A stretch of 64,000 nt of DNA, taken from assembly GCA_964016885.1 (NCBI GenBank), contig OZ024743.1:87730001-87794000 (forward strand), in the 5' to 3' direction. The position numbers and the translations under genes are program-made. Each line of letters opens with the position of its first letter. Position 1 is the stretch's first letter. Shown here piece by piece: positions 27,918 to 43,351 of this stretch. The notes under the pieces are model-generated. The model made no database searches, had not been told where the DNA came from, and saw nothing but the letters and a program-made list of their open reading frames with translations. This stretch comes from Eledone cirrhosa (lineage: Eukaryota).

Positions 27918-28528
27918 GTAAAGTGTAGGCGAAAAAAGATTGATTGTGGGTATGCAATTGAGTAACAGTGTTCAGTAAGATGATGATGATGTGATGATTC
28001 CTTGGGTAAGTGATTTACTCTGATCACATAGGTAATGAAATATATAAACCAAAATCGCTACTTAAATGATTTTATTAAATTAATAACCTGCTACGAGGTT
28101 ATTGCGGTAACATAGGAAAACAAGGCTGTGTTGTTGGTTGTGTATGAGTGTGTGCAATAGTTTGAAAGATACACTGTTGATGCATGGACTAACCTTTTGT
28201 TGCAGTAGAACGGGAATAAAACTGGCTGGCCCTTGACGATAGGGCCGGCGTGTCTGTTTAATGATACATCACTCTGCTAGCTAGAACAAACTGATTATGT
28301 GAAGTCTGCTTTGAGAAATGAGAGCAAAATGAGACGATGAAGCTAGTTATCTCGTGATAAACTGCAAATAACCTCTAGCTGGATATTTCACCAGATAGGC
28401 TGGCACTTTGGCCCGAACAAAGGAGTACCAGTATCCATGTTGCCAAAAGGTCGGCATATGTGGTCACACTGACCTATTGTGTTAACATAGGGACAACAAT
28501 TCAAATTACTGATAGACATCTACTTTAA

Positions 28529-28693
28529 TGTAGAATAAACGTAAAGACTGATGATCCAAAGGGAGTTTATATCTACTAATCGCATAGATAATCACTTCAC
28601 TAAACTACATATGTAGAATAAACGTCAAGGCTGATATAAAGGTAGTTTATATCTACTAATCGAATAGATAATCACTTCACTAAACTACTTATA
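28529..28693. repeat. Tandem duplication of an ~80-bp unit
   Basis: TGTAGAATAAACGT...ATAATCACTTCACTAAACTAC occurs twice. Confidence 0.85.
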
Positions 28694-28964
28694 TGAGTAA
28701 CAATCAGTATGAAACATCTAAGAGCTACATTTACTTTAATGGATAAAAAAAATAAATGAATAACCGTCTATTGAATCATGTGTGACCTTTTTTATGACCC
28801 AAGATTTTCCAGTCTGTTGCTGTGATGTAATCTGAGGCTTAGCTGGAGTTTGAAACCTTTCAGTTAACCCGCCGATCTTTTAATGTCAGCACTTCCATCT
28901 ACTCTTTACTGGCAACCTATCTCTCTTTGATTAGACACACACACCCATACACACACACACCCTT

Positions 28965-29001
<37 letters not shown>

Positions 29002-29143
29002 CACACATATATATATGTGTGTAGACATATAAACACAAACACACATACACACACACACACACACATATATGTGTGTGCGTGTATGTAGGTTTGAGCGTGT
29101 GTATATATATATATATTATGTATATATATATATATATATACAA

Positions 29144-29239
<96 letters not shown>

Positions 29240-29240
<1 letters not shown>

Positions 29241-29570
29241 AGTTCTATTTAAATTGTTGGGATACAACAAGCAAATATTTTTATAACTGATATAAAGCAC
29301 TCAACGGCTTATTTTAAATCTACTGTGATTTAAAAATATTCGACACTAATTTGCATAATAGTATAAATAAATTTATAACCCCACTATCCGGGAGCTTCCA
29401 ACAGAAATGGTCACATTCTTTAAGGGTATATAAATATTTATTTATAAAACTGATCTATATTATATTTTATCTGATGAAAGCACACCATAATTTAACTTGG
29501 TGTCCTTGAAATATGTATAATGAAATAAATATGGTTTTATAAATATAGTTTCCATTTGTTAATATATCGT
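29240..29570 (+). mobile_element. pLTR-like insert with an inverted tail and a hammerhead at 29465-29525
   Basis: TTTTAT-CTGATGA-AAGcACACCA..TGGTGTcCTT-GAAA-TATGTA-TA-ATGAAA. The 3' part matches 13030-13146 and the 5' part is the reverse complement of 13165-13230. Confidence 0.75.
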
Positions 29571-29584
29571 ATATATATATATAT

Positions 29585-29621
<37 letters not shown>

Positions 29622-30100
29622 GAGAGAAACAGAGAGATGTATATCTGTGTGTGAGTTTATGTGTGTGTTTGAGTGTGTGTGTGTTAGTGTCTGTTTTGAT
29701 GGGTAAATATTCTCAAAAAACATCGTAGTGTAGATATCTGTTTATGTAATGGAGGGAGTGCTCAACATTGGGTTACGGTGCTATAACGAAAATATAGACA
29801 TTCCATAGACATACCAAAGATATACATATATATGTTCAAACATAGGTTGGAACACCAATATTAGAATCGAAAGATGGATCAACGTATTGATCTGCTCGTG
29901 AATGTAACATGTAGGTGGCTGAGCATTCTTCAGACAAATGTACCCATAACGTAATTTTTTGCGAGATTTAGCGTGAAGCAGTGTATGACAAGGCTAACCT
30001 TTTCAATTACAATTACTACAGTACATCCGACGGGCTTCTTCACGGTTTCCGACCACTCAATGTCATTCACAAGGCTTTGGTCGACACGAGGTTATGGTAA

Positions 30101-30921
30101 AATAGCTGAGGTACCCGGTAATACCCGCGAGCGGGGGTATTCCCAGTTCCCATTAGAATGCCTAATGCCTCTTAGACCAAAAATGAAATCAAAATATAGG
30201 ACAGATAATCAAAAGCGAAGACAAATTCATTTACGAAACAATACAAACAAATATTGTTGATTACATTGGTCAGGTGAAAACATGTTTGTCAGAGAAGTTG
30301 AGTGTTGCTATAAGGAAAAAAATAGAACCCCCATTAGGGTGTCTTAATATTATTGAAATTTGCTGAAATCTTGTGAATAAGCATCATATCTTGTTATTTA
30401 CCTATGGTTTAAATTTCATATAAATCGAAGGGAAAAAATTTTCAGCAAGGGTTTTTGTGCCTGCGGGGAACACTTTGATTAAAATGAAATATACTTATCC
30501 AAGTACCCTGGGCAATGTACTTTCAGAATATATATGGTTATGGAGGTCTATCTCCCAAACCATAGGAGTTCGTGGAATCTTGTTCCATTTATCGGCCAAA
30601 ATGTTCACTATAGAGTGGTTTAATCCCCATTAGGGTTCTTAATATTATTGAAATTTGCTGAAATTGTGTGATTAGGTATCATATCTTGTTAACCTATGGT
30701 TTAAATTTCATATAAATCGAAGGGGAAAAATTAAGTAGGGGTTTTCAGCTGGGGTTTGAACACCCGGGGAACCATTTGATTAAAATGAAATATACGTAAG
30801 AAATCAAATGGGCATGAGCCCCACAGACGTGTCAAGTTTCATCAAGATCGGCTAGGTAGTTTTTCAGTTTTAGGTTCACAAACAAACAATCAGACAGAAA
30901 TTGCCATTTATGTATATAGAT
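30101..30921 (+). mobile_element. Non-autonomous Helitron/Helentron-like element nested in an older SINE-like repeat
   Basis: Starts AATAGCTGAGGTACCCGG..CCCGCG and ends AAGTTTCATCAAGATCGG..(CAAA)n..TTTATGTATATAGAT. Internal duplication 30328-30495/30624-30795. The host repeat 29910-30100 is related to 27120-27200 and 35230-35440. Confidence 0.55.
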
Positions 30922-31147
30922 GACACTTTAATAACCAGATGGTTGTTTATTTATGTTTTTCTTTAACAAACAAATAAACAAGCATCCGGTTATTAAACTA
31001 CCCAACTGGAAATTTATAATAAATTGAAGTGAAAACAAACAGGTGCGTGTGTTTTTATTGGCAGCATGGCCCTCCTAAAGTATAACAATATCTGTTTCAA
31101 CACACGTTTTCAGATAAGAAATCTTGCAAAAGAAATACAAAAACGAA

Positions 31148-31185
<38 letters not shown>

Positions 31186-31186
<1 letters not shown>

Positions 31187-31795
31187 CATGGTCTAACAAA
31201 TAGAGAAAAAGGTTTAAAATAAATTTTAAAAAATTCGCAGTACTTACTACATGTGCCTTTACCGCAGTTTCATGCTCCAGAATAAACGGAAAATCCAAGC
31301 GGATTTTCATTGAGAAGGGAGCAATCTTCAGAAGGCTCTTCTCCCTCGGAGAATATAAAATTCCCGAGTTCAAATCACAAACTGACGCCATACAAAACCA
31401 TTCCCAAAATGAGAGCAAATGATGAATGAAAGAAAGAATTCTGTCTGGTGCCTTGTGCAAAGACAAAAGGCAAAAATGTTATCTCTACCTTAGGGGGAGA
31501 TCAATAATAATAAAGTATGAATTCCTACGTGTAAAAAATACATATAGGGCAACAAGTATTATCCAACCGTATGCCAATGTGGTTCTATGGCGGGTTAATA
31601 AATTAACAAGCCAGAACATATAAAACCAAGGTCTAGCAAATAGAGAAAAAGTTTTAAAATAAATTAAAAAAAATTCGCAGTACTGGCTTCTTAATTTATT
31701 AACCCGCCATAGAACCACATTGGCATACGGTTGGATAATACTTGTTCCCCTATATGTATTTTTTACACGTAGGAATTCATACTTTATTATTATAT
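31186..31795. mobile_element. Insert with PLE-like direct plus inverted repeat architecture between (TA)n tracts
   Basis: 31190-31244 is repeated directly at 31630-31684; 31503-31614 is inverted at 31683-31792. Confidence 0.6.
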
Positions 31796-31802
31796 ATATA
31801 TA

Positions 31803-31940
31803 TAATTGTTTCTACTTTAGGCACAAGGCCAGCAATTACCCAGTGCATTACTGGTACTTTATTTTATCGACCCCGTAAGGATGAAAGGCAAAGTAAACCT
31901 CGGCGGGATTTGAACTCAGACCGTAAAGGGACGTAACTAT
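31803..31940 (-). mobile_element. Meta-core SINE (truncated)
   Basis: Same core as the other copies. Confidence 0.8.
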
Positions 31941-32386
31941 GAATATATATTATTATATATATATATATAATAATATATATTCATACTTTATTATTATATA
32001 TATATATATATATATATAAGAACAAGAAAAGTGTGGTAAGGAACCAGGTGGACCATAACGCACCAGAGTACTCGATACTTAGAGTAGTAGAGTGGGTAAT
32101 AGGAAAAGATTCAGGACCCCAACGCCTGAGCTCCGGCCGATTCGACAGCTAGATCCGAACAGTTCAGATCTAGCTGTCGAAACGGCCGGAGTTCAGCCGT
32201 CGGGGCCCTGACTCTTTTCCTATACATATATATATGTGTGTGTGTGTGTATGCGAGAGAAATGAAGAGAAAGAGAGTAAGGGAGAAGTTAGCAAGCATAA
32301 GAAAGTGGTATATAAAATATATATGAAACAAAATAGAAAGATAACGCAAAGAAGGGGTAAATTTATCAAGGTTAATTGACTCATAA

Positions 32387-33155
<769 letters not shown>

Positions 33156-34057
33156 GTGGAAAGGTCATATAGGTAGGTTGAAGACTGTGGGTGAGATGAA
33201 AGATCCCTGTGGTAAACCATTTTGTGTTTAGTGGTGTGGAAAAGTCATGTAGACACAGGCTGAAATGTGTGGATGAGAGGAAGAACTCCCCGTGGTACTC
33301 CATTGTGCATATAGGACAACATTGTACAACGTATCCATACTGTTACAAAGAAGTGTTGCGTGATTTGAGAAAATTTGGTTGATATTTTTAGCAGATCAAG
33401 CGACCACATAAAAGCTCCCTCTTTGGCTTTTAGTGGATGAGGAAATGAGGATATGAGAAATCTCTGTAAGATCTCACTATCGAACTATCGATCTACATCT
33501 GAAGTCACGTGATTAAGTCCTCTCCTTACACCTCTAGATATTAGTGAGGAGGAGGAGGTGGGGTGTAGGAGGAGGAGGAGGAGGAGGAATAAGTGGAGGA
33601 GGAGGTGGGGTGAGGAGGGGAGGGAGGGTGATGAGGAGGAGGATAATGATGATGATGATGAGGAGGAGGAGATACAACTTTAGTTGTAGCTTCAGTCATA
33701 TTTACAGACACAGCGTTCTCTGTTGTAATCAATGGAGCAACGGATATCCGATCTAGACGATCCGCGTTCGATTTCGACTCATATTGGAAGCATGCGTGCA
33801 TTACTAATGCCTCTCTGTTATTGAGTTGAATTCGAAGTTACTCCCACGAGAGGCTAGACTGGTTATGGAGATGTTTTAAAGACTTTGACGATGAAAGCTA
33901 AGTAGTTGACAAATGTTTCAATAGTTCACAGAACTGTGGAACATGTCACGATAGATGTTTTAGTTATATGGGGGGGAGTACAGTCCTATGTTTAATGCAG
34001 TTAGAATCAATTTATAAAACCCTGGTTATAGTTACATCCTATTTACTTAACACTATA

Positions 34058-34274
34058 CGAGAGGGTGCTGAAAAGTTCCTGGCTTTGGGTAAAAGAAAGT
34101 ACAGGGAGATCAGTTAATTATGATTTTATTCAACATATTCTCCTTTCATATTCATACACTTATTGTAGCGGTCCTTCAGTTTTTCTAAGCCCTGTAAAAA
34201 GAAATCGGAAGGTTGGGCCTCCAACCAGGCCTCTGTAGCAGCGATCAAGTCAGGAACTTTTCAGCACCTACTCG
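34058..34274. mobile_element. Tc1/mariner-type MITE
   Basis: TA|CGAGAGGGTGCTGAAAAGTTCCTGGCTT ... AAGTCAGGAACTTTTCAGCACCTACTCG|TA. Confidence 0.85.
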
Positions 34275-36740
34275 TATAATTTAAACAAATTATAAATTTC
34301 AAATATTTTATATATTTTAACTTTCACATTCTTTAGAAGTAAAATTACTTTTGTGGCTTTAAGAATTAAGAGCTTAATTAACCGCATAATTCTTCCTTAT
34401 CTAGATTAGTTCTCTATACAACTAAATCATTTTCTTTCTTACTTTCTCACTGAATCTAATTATAGATTTGAACATTTTGTTTCTTATCTATGTAACAACA
34501 ATCCTCGCTCCAAGTTACTCCTCCCCTGTTCATTTCAATATAATTTATTAATCTTCTGTATTAAAAAAATAGACTCCTGTGTACAGACAGACTTGTCTAT
34601 TCTCTAATTTTCCAGCACATCTCCCTCACCATCCTCCGAGGAAACACCTTCTCAATTTTGTCCGCTGGGGCAACAAGGCAGCCAGCGCGTGGGCCCCCAT
34701 TTACTCACAATAGTGAGAGATGGGGAGAGCGGGAAAAACGGAGACAGTGACAGTGGGAGTTTGGTTCTTCTGTGTTCGGACCTGGTTATATAGATATGTG
34801 TATATAAGAAAGAATGAGTATAAAAGCTGTTTCTTGTACAGTAAACCCATGCTTTGTGTCAGTAAAATTAAAAACTAAAACAAACAAGCACACCTACATT
34901 AAATGGTTTGATATATTACACACACAGATTAATTATTCTGTCCAAGTCCAATCTTTCATACAATTCATCTAGACACGAACATCTTGTAAAGATTATGATC
35001 TACAATGTAGATCATAATCTTTACTATATGAATTCTATCAATTGAATAAATACCTCGTTTGCTTAAAAAGCTTGCTCAGAGGAAAGTTGCGGCCTTCTGT
35101 AACGAATTATATTCATTCTAATGTAATATACAATAGTATGAGTCGCCACTTCTAATCCTACCTTGAGTTCTTTGAGCTACTTTATAACTGACCTCTCTCT
35201 CTCTCTCTCTCCCATTAAATATATCCCTGCTCACACGTGTACCTCTAACGTAATTCCAAATGTGATTGAGCGTAACACAGTGTGTGACAAAGCTGGCCGT
35301 TTGAATTACAGGTACAACCCGTCTGACGGACTTCCAAACAATTTCTGTTTACCATAGCTCACTCACAAAGTATGGTTTGCCCTGCGGCTTTGGTAAATAA
35401 ATGACACTTACCAAAGATTCTCGCAATGGAAATGAACCCCAGATCTTCTGAACTATTTGCCTGAGCTGCGGCCACAGTAAGAAGCTAGTCAGTAATGTAT
35501 CACCTCAAGAAACACAAATTAATTTACAACCAATCAGACTGCTGCTATATAATCAAGGGGTGCACTTTCTTCAGTTTTGATCTGTTTATGTTTTCCTCTG
35601 TGACTTACTCTCGCGTCCCAAATAATAGAGGGAGGGGGTAAGTGTGTGTGTGGGGGGGGGGGGGCATTTGCTTAAATTCTTATAAGCGGGGGAGTTAGAA
35701 TAAACGGGGGTGGGAGAAATATGGGATTTCTTGTAATGTTCTTTTTTTGTCATATATAATGAGTTTTTAATGTAAAATAAAATAATTATTAGATTATCCA
35801 GCTGCTGTGTCAATATGAATCACTTACAATAAAATTCCGCCGGAGATGGATTAGCAAAATTTAATAAGCATTGGTGGTGGGGAGTAAAAGCAGGAGGGGG
35901 ACGTCTGAAGTGGTGGAAGTGGTGGTGGGGTGGGCGTGGGGTGCATTATTACGATTATTCAAGACCTGAGAGTAATTGTTAGTAAATAAATTTTGTTGGA
36001 TTAAAGTTTGTAGGGAAAGTGTAATAGAATTTACTACTTTAGTATGAGCTGTGGCTTTATGTCGTTGTTACTGTGAATCCTGAATTGTAACAGAAGACCA
36101 CCAGGAAAGAAAAGAAGCAGTATCGCTCTTCCCTTCCTCTTGCTGCTTCTTTTCTTTCCTTCTTCCTTCTCCTACATGCCGCTCCTACTTGTCACTTCCG
36201 CTTACTACTACCCCCACACACAGAGCCATTGTTGTTCCCTTTTCCTACAGCGACCCCAGGCCAAGTGGACGTACTTTATTTGTTTTCTCTCTCTCTCTGA
36301 CCTGTCACTGTCTATCTAATCTGTTCACTCCTCACACAAACATCATATAAACAGAGATATTTATTTCTCCGTTGTACGAGCCGTTTATTTTCCCTGGTAC
36401 TTTTAGTCAAATCGTCGAAACCACAGGTGGTTTAAAAGCTGATGAGAGTATTTAAATGTTTGTGTGATCTTCTCTTGTCCATTCTTCTTCCTTTTCTCCT
36501 TTCTTCCTATCACTTCTGCGGGCCAACACACTTCTAGCTGCCGATTTTCTATCCTTCGAGGAAAATTTTACTCAATGCCATCATTGACAGCATTTTGCTG
36601 TTTTAACAGCTTCCTTGCGTTGAGTTCTTCCCACTATTCTACGAAGATATGTCAACAGGACCTGTTATTTTTATCTAAAGAAATTTTTTTTTCCAATTCC
36701 ACCCTGCCCGTCCCTTCAATCTATCTTATTTCTCATTCTT

Positions 36741-36776
36741 TTTTCTGATGAAGGACTAGTGTCCGAAACGTTAAGA
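36741..36776 (+). ncRNA. Minimal PLE-type hammerhead motif
   Basis: TTTT-CTGATGA-a-GGAC-tagt-GTCC-GAAA-CG-TT-AAGA. The downstream tail 36813-36861 also occurs at 16031-16081, and both abut microsatellite. Confidence 0.65.
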
Positions 36777-36891
36777 CCCTCTTCCTGCTATTTCAAGCGT
36801 TAACCTAATATATTCCTTCCATATACTGTACCGATTGTGTTGTTATTTCTGTTTACCTTTTACATATATATATATATATATATATATATAG

Positions 36892-36968
<77 letters not shown>

Positions 36969-36992
36969 CATATATATATGTATGTATGTATG

Positions 36993-37025
<33 letters not shown>

Positions 37026-37087
37026 ATGTATATATATATATATTCAAATTTAAACGTTATATTCAAATTTAAATTATATATGGAGAG

Positions 37088-37121
<34 letters not shown>

Positions 37122-37307
37122 AGTGAGTGAGAGAGAGTGAGAGAGAGAGAGAGAAAGAGAGAGAGAGAAATGGCTTTTTCCACCTCAAAGTATATTTTCC
37201 TGAATATTATTTGCTTGATACATGTGTATAAAATACTATGCGTTTCTTAAACGATATATGGTTCTCTCTCTCGCTCTCCCTCTCTCTCTCTCTCTCTCTC
37301 GCTCTCC

Positions 37308-37346
<39 letters not shown>

Positions 37347-37515
37347 TCTCGTTCTCACTCTCTCCCTCTCTCTCACTCTCTCTCCATATATATCTTTTAA
37401 ATTTGAATTATTGATGCTCTGAAGGTTCATTGAGCTTGCTTATTGAGAAACATGATCACCACATATTAAATATGTATTGATACCTTAACAATATGTATAT
37501 ATATATATATATATA

Positions 37516-37589
<74 letters not shown>

Positions 37590-37615
37590 CACACATATAT
37601 ATATATAGATATATG

Positions 37616-37661
<46 letters not shown>

Positions 37662-37669
37662 GATATATG

Positions 37670-37755
<86 letters not shown>

Positions 37756-37797
37756 TATATATATATATGTGTGTGCATATATATATATATATATGTG

Positions 37798-37836
<39 letters not shown>

Positions 37837-37855
37837 TATGTTAAGGTATCAATAG

Positions 37856-37904
<49 letters not shown>

Positions 37905-37948
37905 TATGCTAAGGTATCAACACACACACACACACATATATATATAAG

Positions 37949-37987
<39 letters not shown>

Positions 37988-38014
37988 TATGCTAAGGTAT
38001 CAATACACACACAA

Positions 38015-38065
<51 letters not shown>

Positions 38066-38494
38066 AGTTGGATGGCTTTTACAGTGCTCTGAGCAATGAA
38101 GTTTGGTAGGGTGTGAATTAGACATTTCGAAGTAGAAGAACGGGTTATTAGGAGTAAAAACTGGTGGTGACGGATTGGGGGGGGGGGGGGGGTCGTTTTA
38201 GGGAATAACTAGGAAGTGGTACAATGGTGGGGGATACAGTGTTTATTACAGGGCTGTAAAAATATGGGTTAATGTTAAGGACATAATAAAATGGGTTAGC
38301 TACAGTGAGAAAGGTTATGGTGTTGAGATCAATAAGTATGTGCTGTTTAATAGAGGGGGGGGGGGGTCTAGGAAGTCCTCCTGAAATTAAAGAGGGGCGG
38401 CCGGTAAGGGCTGGGGGGAGGGAATAGAGGATGATACAGAAGAGCAGGATGTGATGGGAGAGATGGGGGAAGGGAAAATGATAGGGTAGATGTC

Positions 38495-39021
38495 ATAGTG
38501 GCAGTGGTGGTGGTTGTGGTGGTGGTGGTGGTGGTGGTGGTGGTGGCGGTTGTTGTGGTGATGATAGTGATTGTGATGATGATTGGGTGATTGTGGTGGT
38601 GGTGGTGTCATGTTGATCATGGTGATGGTGGTGGTGGTGGTGGTGGTGGTGGTGGCAGAGGTGGTTGTAATGGAGATGATGGAAGTGTTGATGTTCTTGT
38701 GGATGATGATGATGGTTGTGGTAGTGACGGAGGCAGCGGTGGTGGTAGTGGTGGTGGTGACAGTGGTGGTGGCAGCGGTAGTAGTGGTGGAGGTAGCGGT
38801 AGTGGTGGCAGTGATAGTAGTGGTAGTGGTAGTTGTGGCAGTGGCAGTGGTGGTGGCGGTAGCGGTAGTGGTGGCAGTTTAGTAGTGGTGGTGGTAGTAG
38901 TGGCAGTGGTGGAGGTAGCGGTAGTAGTAGAAGCAATGGTAGTGGTAGTAGTGGTAGTAGTGGTAGTAGTAGTAGTAGTTGTAGTGGTGGCAGTGGTAGT
39001 AGCAGTGGCAGTGGTAGTGGC

Positions 39022-39065
<44 letters not shown>

Positions 39066-39205
39066 CAGTAGCAGGTGCGATAGTAGTAGTGGTAGTGGTA
39101 GTTCTAGTGATAGTGGTAGTTGTAGTGGTAGTAGTGGCAATGTTAGTGTTAGTGTTAGTGGTAGTGGTAGTAGTGGTGGTAGTAGTGGTGGTAGTAGTGG
39201 TGGTC
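38495..39205. repeat. GGT/AGT trinucleotide low-complexity tract
   Basis: Directly visible. Confidence 0.9.
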
Positions 39206-39608
39206 GTGTTTTGGAAGAATTAATCGCTTGAATCCAGTCGTTAATTTAAAGTGACATTCCTGGCTCTGATTATATCGGCTTGGATGAAACGTGCCTTAGA
39301 TCGATCCCTCGTCTCCCCCACCTTCTCTCTCTCTCTCCCACCCTATCTCTCTCTCCCACACACCCTCTCTTTCTCTCTGCCACTCTCTCTCTCTCCCTCC
39401 CTTCCATTCTATATCTCGGAGGAGGCGGCAGAGGGGGTGAGGTTTACATGGGAGGAGTAGGGAGAGGCAAGTGCTCAGCTAGCTGACAGATGACCTCTTT
39501 AGTCCGCGACAGACCGACACAGAAACGGTTATTAACCATATTTGCTGTGGTCACTGCATGAACGTCTCATAGTCTCATACGACAGACAGACAGACAGACA
39601 GACAGAAC

Positions 39609-39670
<62 letters not shown>

Positions 39671-39916
39671 TAGATAGATAGATAAATTTCTATTTATTTG
39701 CCACGAGGGCACAAAAGAAGGGGACATTTACACAGTGGGGGAGTTTACATAAATCGAGTAAAGAAAAAAGGAATAACAATAATAATATAACAATAAAAAG
39801 TCCTCAAAAGGGAGGGGGCGTGTTGGGGATTGCACATACCCCCGAAAAGTGTGCAACTCTTTTCGCGGGGGAAGCCCAGAGAGGAGGCGCTCCCCCTTTC
39901 CTCTTCACTTCTTCAC

Positions 39917-42900
39917 CTACAGAACAATGTAGAGAGAAGGCCCATTTACACGGGCCATTCTCGCTTCTTTCACCCACCTTTCATAAAAACGTCTGGGACC
40001 AAGCACTTCTCTCTCCATCCTGATTCTTCTTCCGAAGTGGTATCGGAAGAAGTAAACCAGGTGATGGCCGGAGAGAAAGTCACCCGACCTCAGACCTTTC
40101 AGGCGCGTCCACCACACAACCTCTTTCATCATGGCTATTACGCACAGAAAGACCGCCTCTGCTTCATTTCTGAAGGGAGGAGGCGGCTTGATGTTCACCA
40201 CAGACTCGGCGGTTAATCGAATCGGCGCCACACGCGACAGCAGTCGTTCGACGTAGCCCCACAGATCGGCAACGCCCGGGCAGTGTACCAGTGCATGCGC
40301 AACGGTTTCCTCGTCGCGCACGCATCTGGGACAGATCTTTTTCGCGGGATCCCTGCCCGGGCGCCCGTGTCTGTAGAGCTTTTCTCGAACGGGCAGAGCC
40401 CCCCGGTAACACTGCCAGGCTAGGGACCTCTGGAAGTTGTCCATGGGTCCCGGGCCGAAAGTTCTACCGAACAGGCTGGCCAGTTCGTCCTCCTCCATGC
40501 CTAGCGACTCTCCAAGGGTGTCGTCGCCCCTGCTAGCCACCAACCCTCTATAGAATGTCGAGGTGGATTCTCCACTGACAGTCGGGTCCGCTTGCCAGAT
40601 AGCCGTGAGCGCCTGGGCACACTCAGTGTGCCAGTTGCCCAGTTTTCTCGGTCTTTGCTTCACCCAGGATTGCAGTTCGGTGAGCGAGACGAGCTGTGGG
40701 AAGGCTCGCCTCACAAACGGGGCCCACACCGGCTGACCGTTGAGGAATACCTGTAGATGCCGTAGCCTCAATGCGTGCCTACGCATCAACAGCCACGGCA
40801 TACCCAGCCCTCCTTTCGAAGGGTGCTGGCAGCAGATGGATCTCCTCACCATGGGAGGCCGCTTCTTCCAGAGGAATTGGAAGAGCATGCGTTCCATGAT
40901 GGTGAGCTTTTCCTTGGGGCAAGGCACGACGGTCAGGCGGTAGTAGATGACGGACGCTATGTAAGCGTTCGTCACCTCCGCCCGACCTTTCAGTGATAGT
41001 TTGCACTTGGCCCACTTCTGGGTCAGCGCAAACACCCTGCTCGTCACCTCGCCCCAATTCTTCTCCACCTGGAGGTCCGGTCCGAACCAGACCCCGAGCA
41101 GCTTCACCGGGCCCTCCGTCCACCGCCCGACGACACCGTCTAACGGCATCGGTTTGCCCCTCCACGTTCCGAGTTGCAAACCGACTGACTTGTCCTGGTT
41201 CAGCCTAGCCCCCGTCAGCCTTTCGTATTCCTCCAGTAGGGTGGCGATCGCCCCGATTTCCGAGGCGTCCGCCACCATTACTGTTACGTCGTCGGCATAG
41301 GCCGAGACCGCTTTGTGCAATCCCGGTTCCAGGGGTATGCCCCGCAGCAACTCCAACTTCCGCAGCAGTGGCTCGAGAGTCAATACGTACAGAAGGGAGG
41401 AGAGGGGGCACCCCTGTCTGATGGATCGGGTGATTTGAAACGGCTCCGAGAGGTAGCCGTTTACTTTAATCCTAGAGTAGATGTTGCCACTGTGCATGGC
41501 AGAAATCCAGCCCCTGAAAACGGGTCCGAAGCCCGCCGCTGCTAGCACCGCATCCAGGTAACCATGGTCGACCCTATCGAACGCCTTAGATTGATCCAAG
41601 TTGATCAGGGCCCCACCAAAGCCGGGTTCGTAGCCAACCCTCTCTATGATGTATCGCATGAGGTGGAGGTTGTCGTGAATGGACCTGGACGGGATAGCGC
41701 ATGTCTGCGCGTCTCCCACCAAACCACCCACCACAAGCGCCAACCTCTTCGCCAACACCTTGGCCAAAATCTGTAACTCTGCATTCAGCAGAGTTATGGG
41801 CCTAAAGTTACTTAAGTCGTCCCCCTTGCTCTCGTCCTTCCTCACTAGCGTGACCACGCCCTTGGTCACAGAACAGGGAATTCTCCCGTTCTGTTGCCAG
41901 TTGCAATAGACAGCCTCGAGGAGTTCGGAGAACAAGACCGGCATAGCTAAATAAAGTTCGTATGGTAGACCATCGAGACCCGGGGATTTGCGTCTGCTGC
42001 ATTGGCTGAGCGCTTCCCCGATTTCAGTGGCTGTGATTGGCCCTTCGCAGCACTCCGCTTCGCCGCTCGAAAGACGCGGTAGACCGTCGAGGTATGGACC
42101 GAAGTCCACATCCCCGTCCGGCCCCCCGCCACCTCCGAACAGTCGAGCAAAGTGCCTTTGAAAGGTCTCGCACATTCGCTCAGGTTCAAGGATCACCCGT
42201 CCATCCTGGTCTCGCAAAGACCGAATGGTGGATTTAATCCCACTCTTGGCTTCTGTCACGCGGGCCCAGCTAACAGCTTTGGTCCCCTCGTTTCCTAAAG
42301 CACGTATTTTACTTCGGACAACGCAGCCTTCGTGCTTCGCGTCAAAGAACTGGCTCAATGCCGTTCTCGTCGCTAACACTCTGGCTACGTCTCCGCTCCT
42401 AATCGCCTCTTCTAGTTTATCTGTTAACTCCCTTTCCCTCCTATTTCTATTCGCCGCTAGTTCCTTACTGTAACCTATCGAACTTACTCTAATCTCTCTC
42501 TTTAGAGATATCCACCACCTACTGTTGACGATCGCTCCCGTCAACCGCATCTTAACTAAGCTACTAATCCGGTTTCTGTAATCTTTCTTTGTCGGTAAGG
42601 ACAAGTTCATCTTCCAGTAACCGGGACCCTGTCTATGCGTTCTATCAAGGTTGACCACGCAGGTCACTAATTTGTGATCTGAATAGCCAACCATGATCAG
42701 TTCTGGACAACTAAATACGTCCCTATCCTTACTCCTAACCAAAAACCTATCTAGGTACGATCTAGATTGTCCACTGCGGTTTGCCCAGGTCCAGGTTGGC
42801 GCAGTTGGACAATCTAGTCGAAATCTATCGACCAGGTCGAATCGATCGAGTAACCCCTTGAGGCTGCTACACCCCCCTCTATCGGGACATGCCCCTGCAT

Positions 42901-43346
42901 AGTCCCAACGCGCATCTAGGATTCCATTCCAGTCCCCCACTAAAAGCAGGGAACGCGACGTTCCTAGAAAAGTCTCCAGACGTTGGAAGAAGTCGGCTCT
43001 CTCCGCCCCGAAGGGAGCATAAAGACCGACCAGTCTGAAAGCCCCGCCTTCACCACCTCCGACGTCCAGCACCAGTAATCGACCCCCCGGGTCCGAGTGA
43101 ACAATCTGTACGTCGAGAGTCAGACGTTTATCCAGCAGTACGGCAACTCCCCCCCCCGCCTCCGGGTTGACAGAGAGATGCGTGCATCTCAAAGTCATCG
43201 AAGGCGGGCGCCAGCTGTCTCACGCTGCTGATCCGACTCTCGCAAACAACCATCACATCTATACTTTGTGACCTGAGGTCACTTAGAAGCTTTGCTTGCT
43301 TCCAAGCTGAGCTCAGGCCACGCGCGTTCAAACAGCCAACTCTCAA
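39917..43346 (-). CDS. LINE ORF2: APE endonuclease + reverse transcriptase + C-terminal CCHC; one frameshift at a G9 run (43149-43157)
   Basis: LNARGL and CES lie in the 43128-43346 frame. GGVAVL, LYAP, GDWN, SYLDRF, SDH, KSPGLDG, FRPITLLN, DQSKAFD, IRQGCPLS, AYADD and CPRC..ET..H...C lie in 39917-43198. Removing one G joins the two frames. Confidence 0.92.
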
Positions 43347-43351
43347 TTGAT

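Noticed and set aside
28548-28575. CTGATGA inside the tandem duplication
   Set aside because: No downstream GAAA or stem III.
31285-31345. Minus-strand CTGAAGA...GAAA as a hammerhead
   Set aside because: Stem I cannot be formed convincingly.
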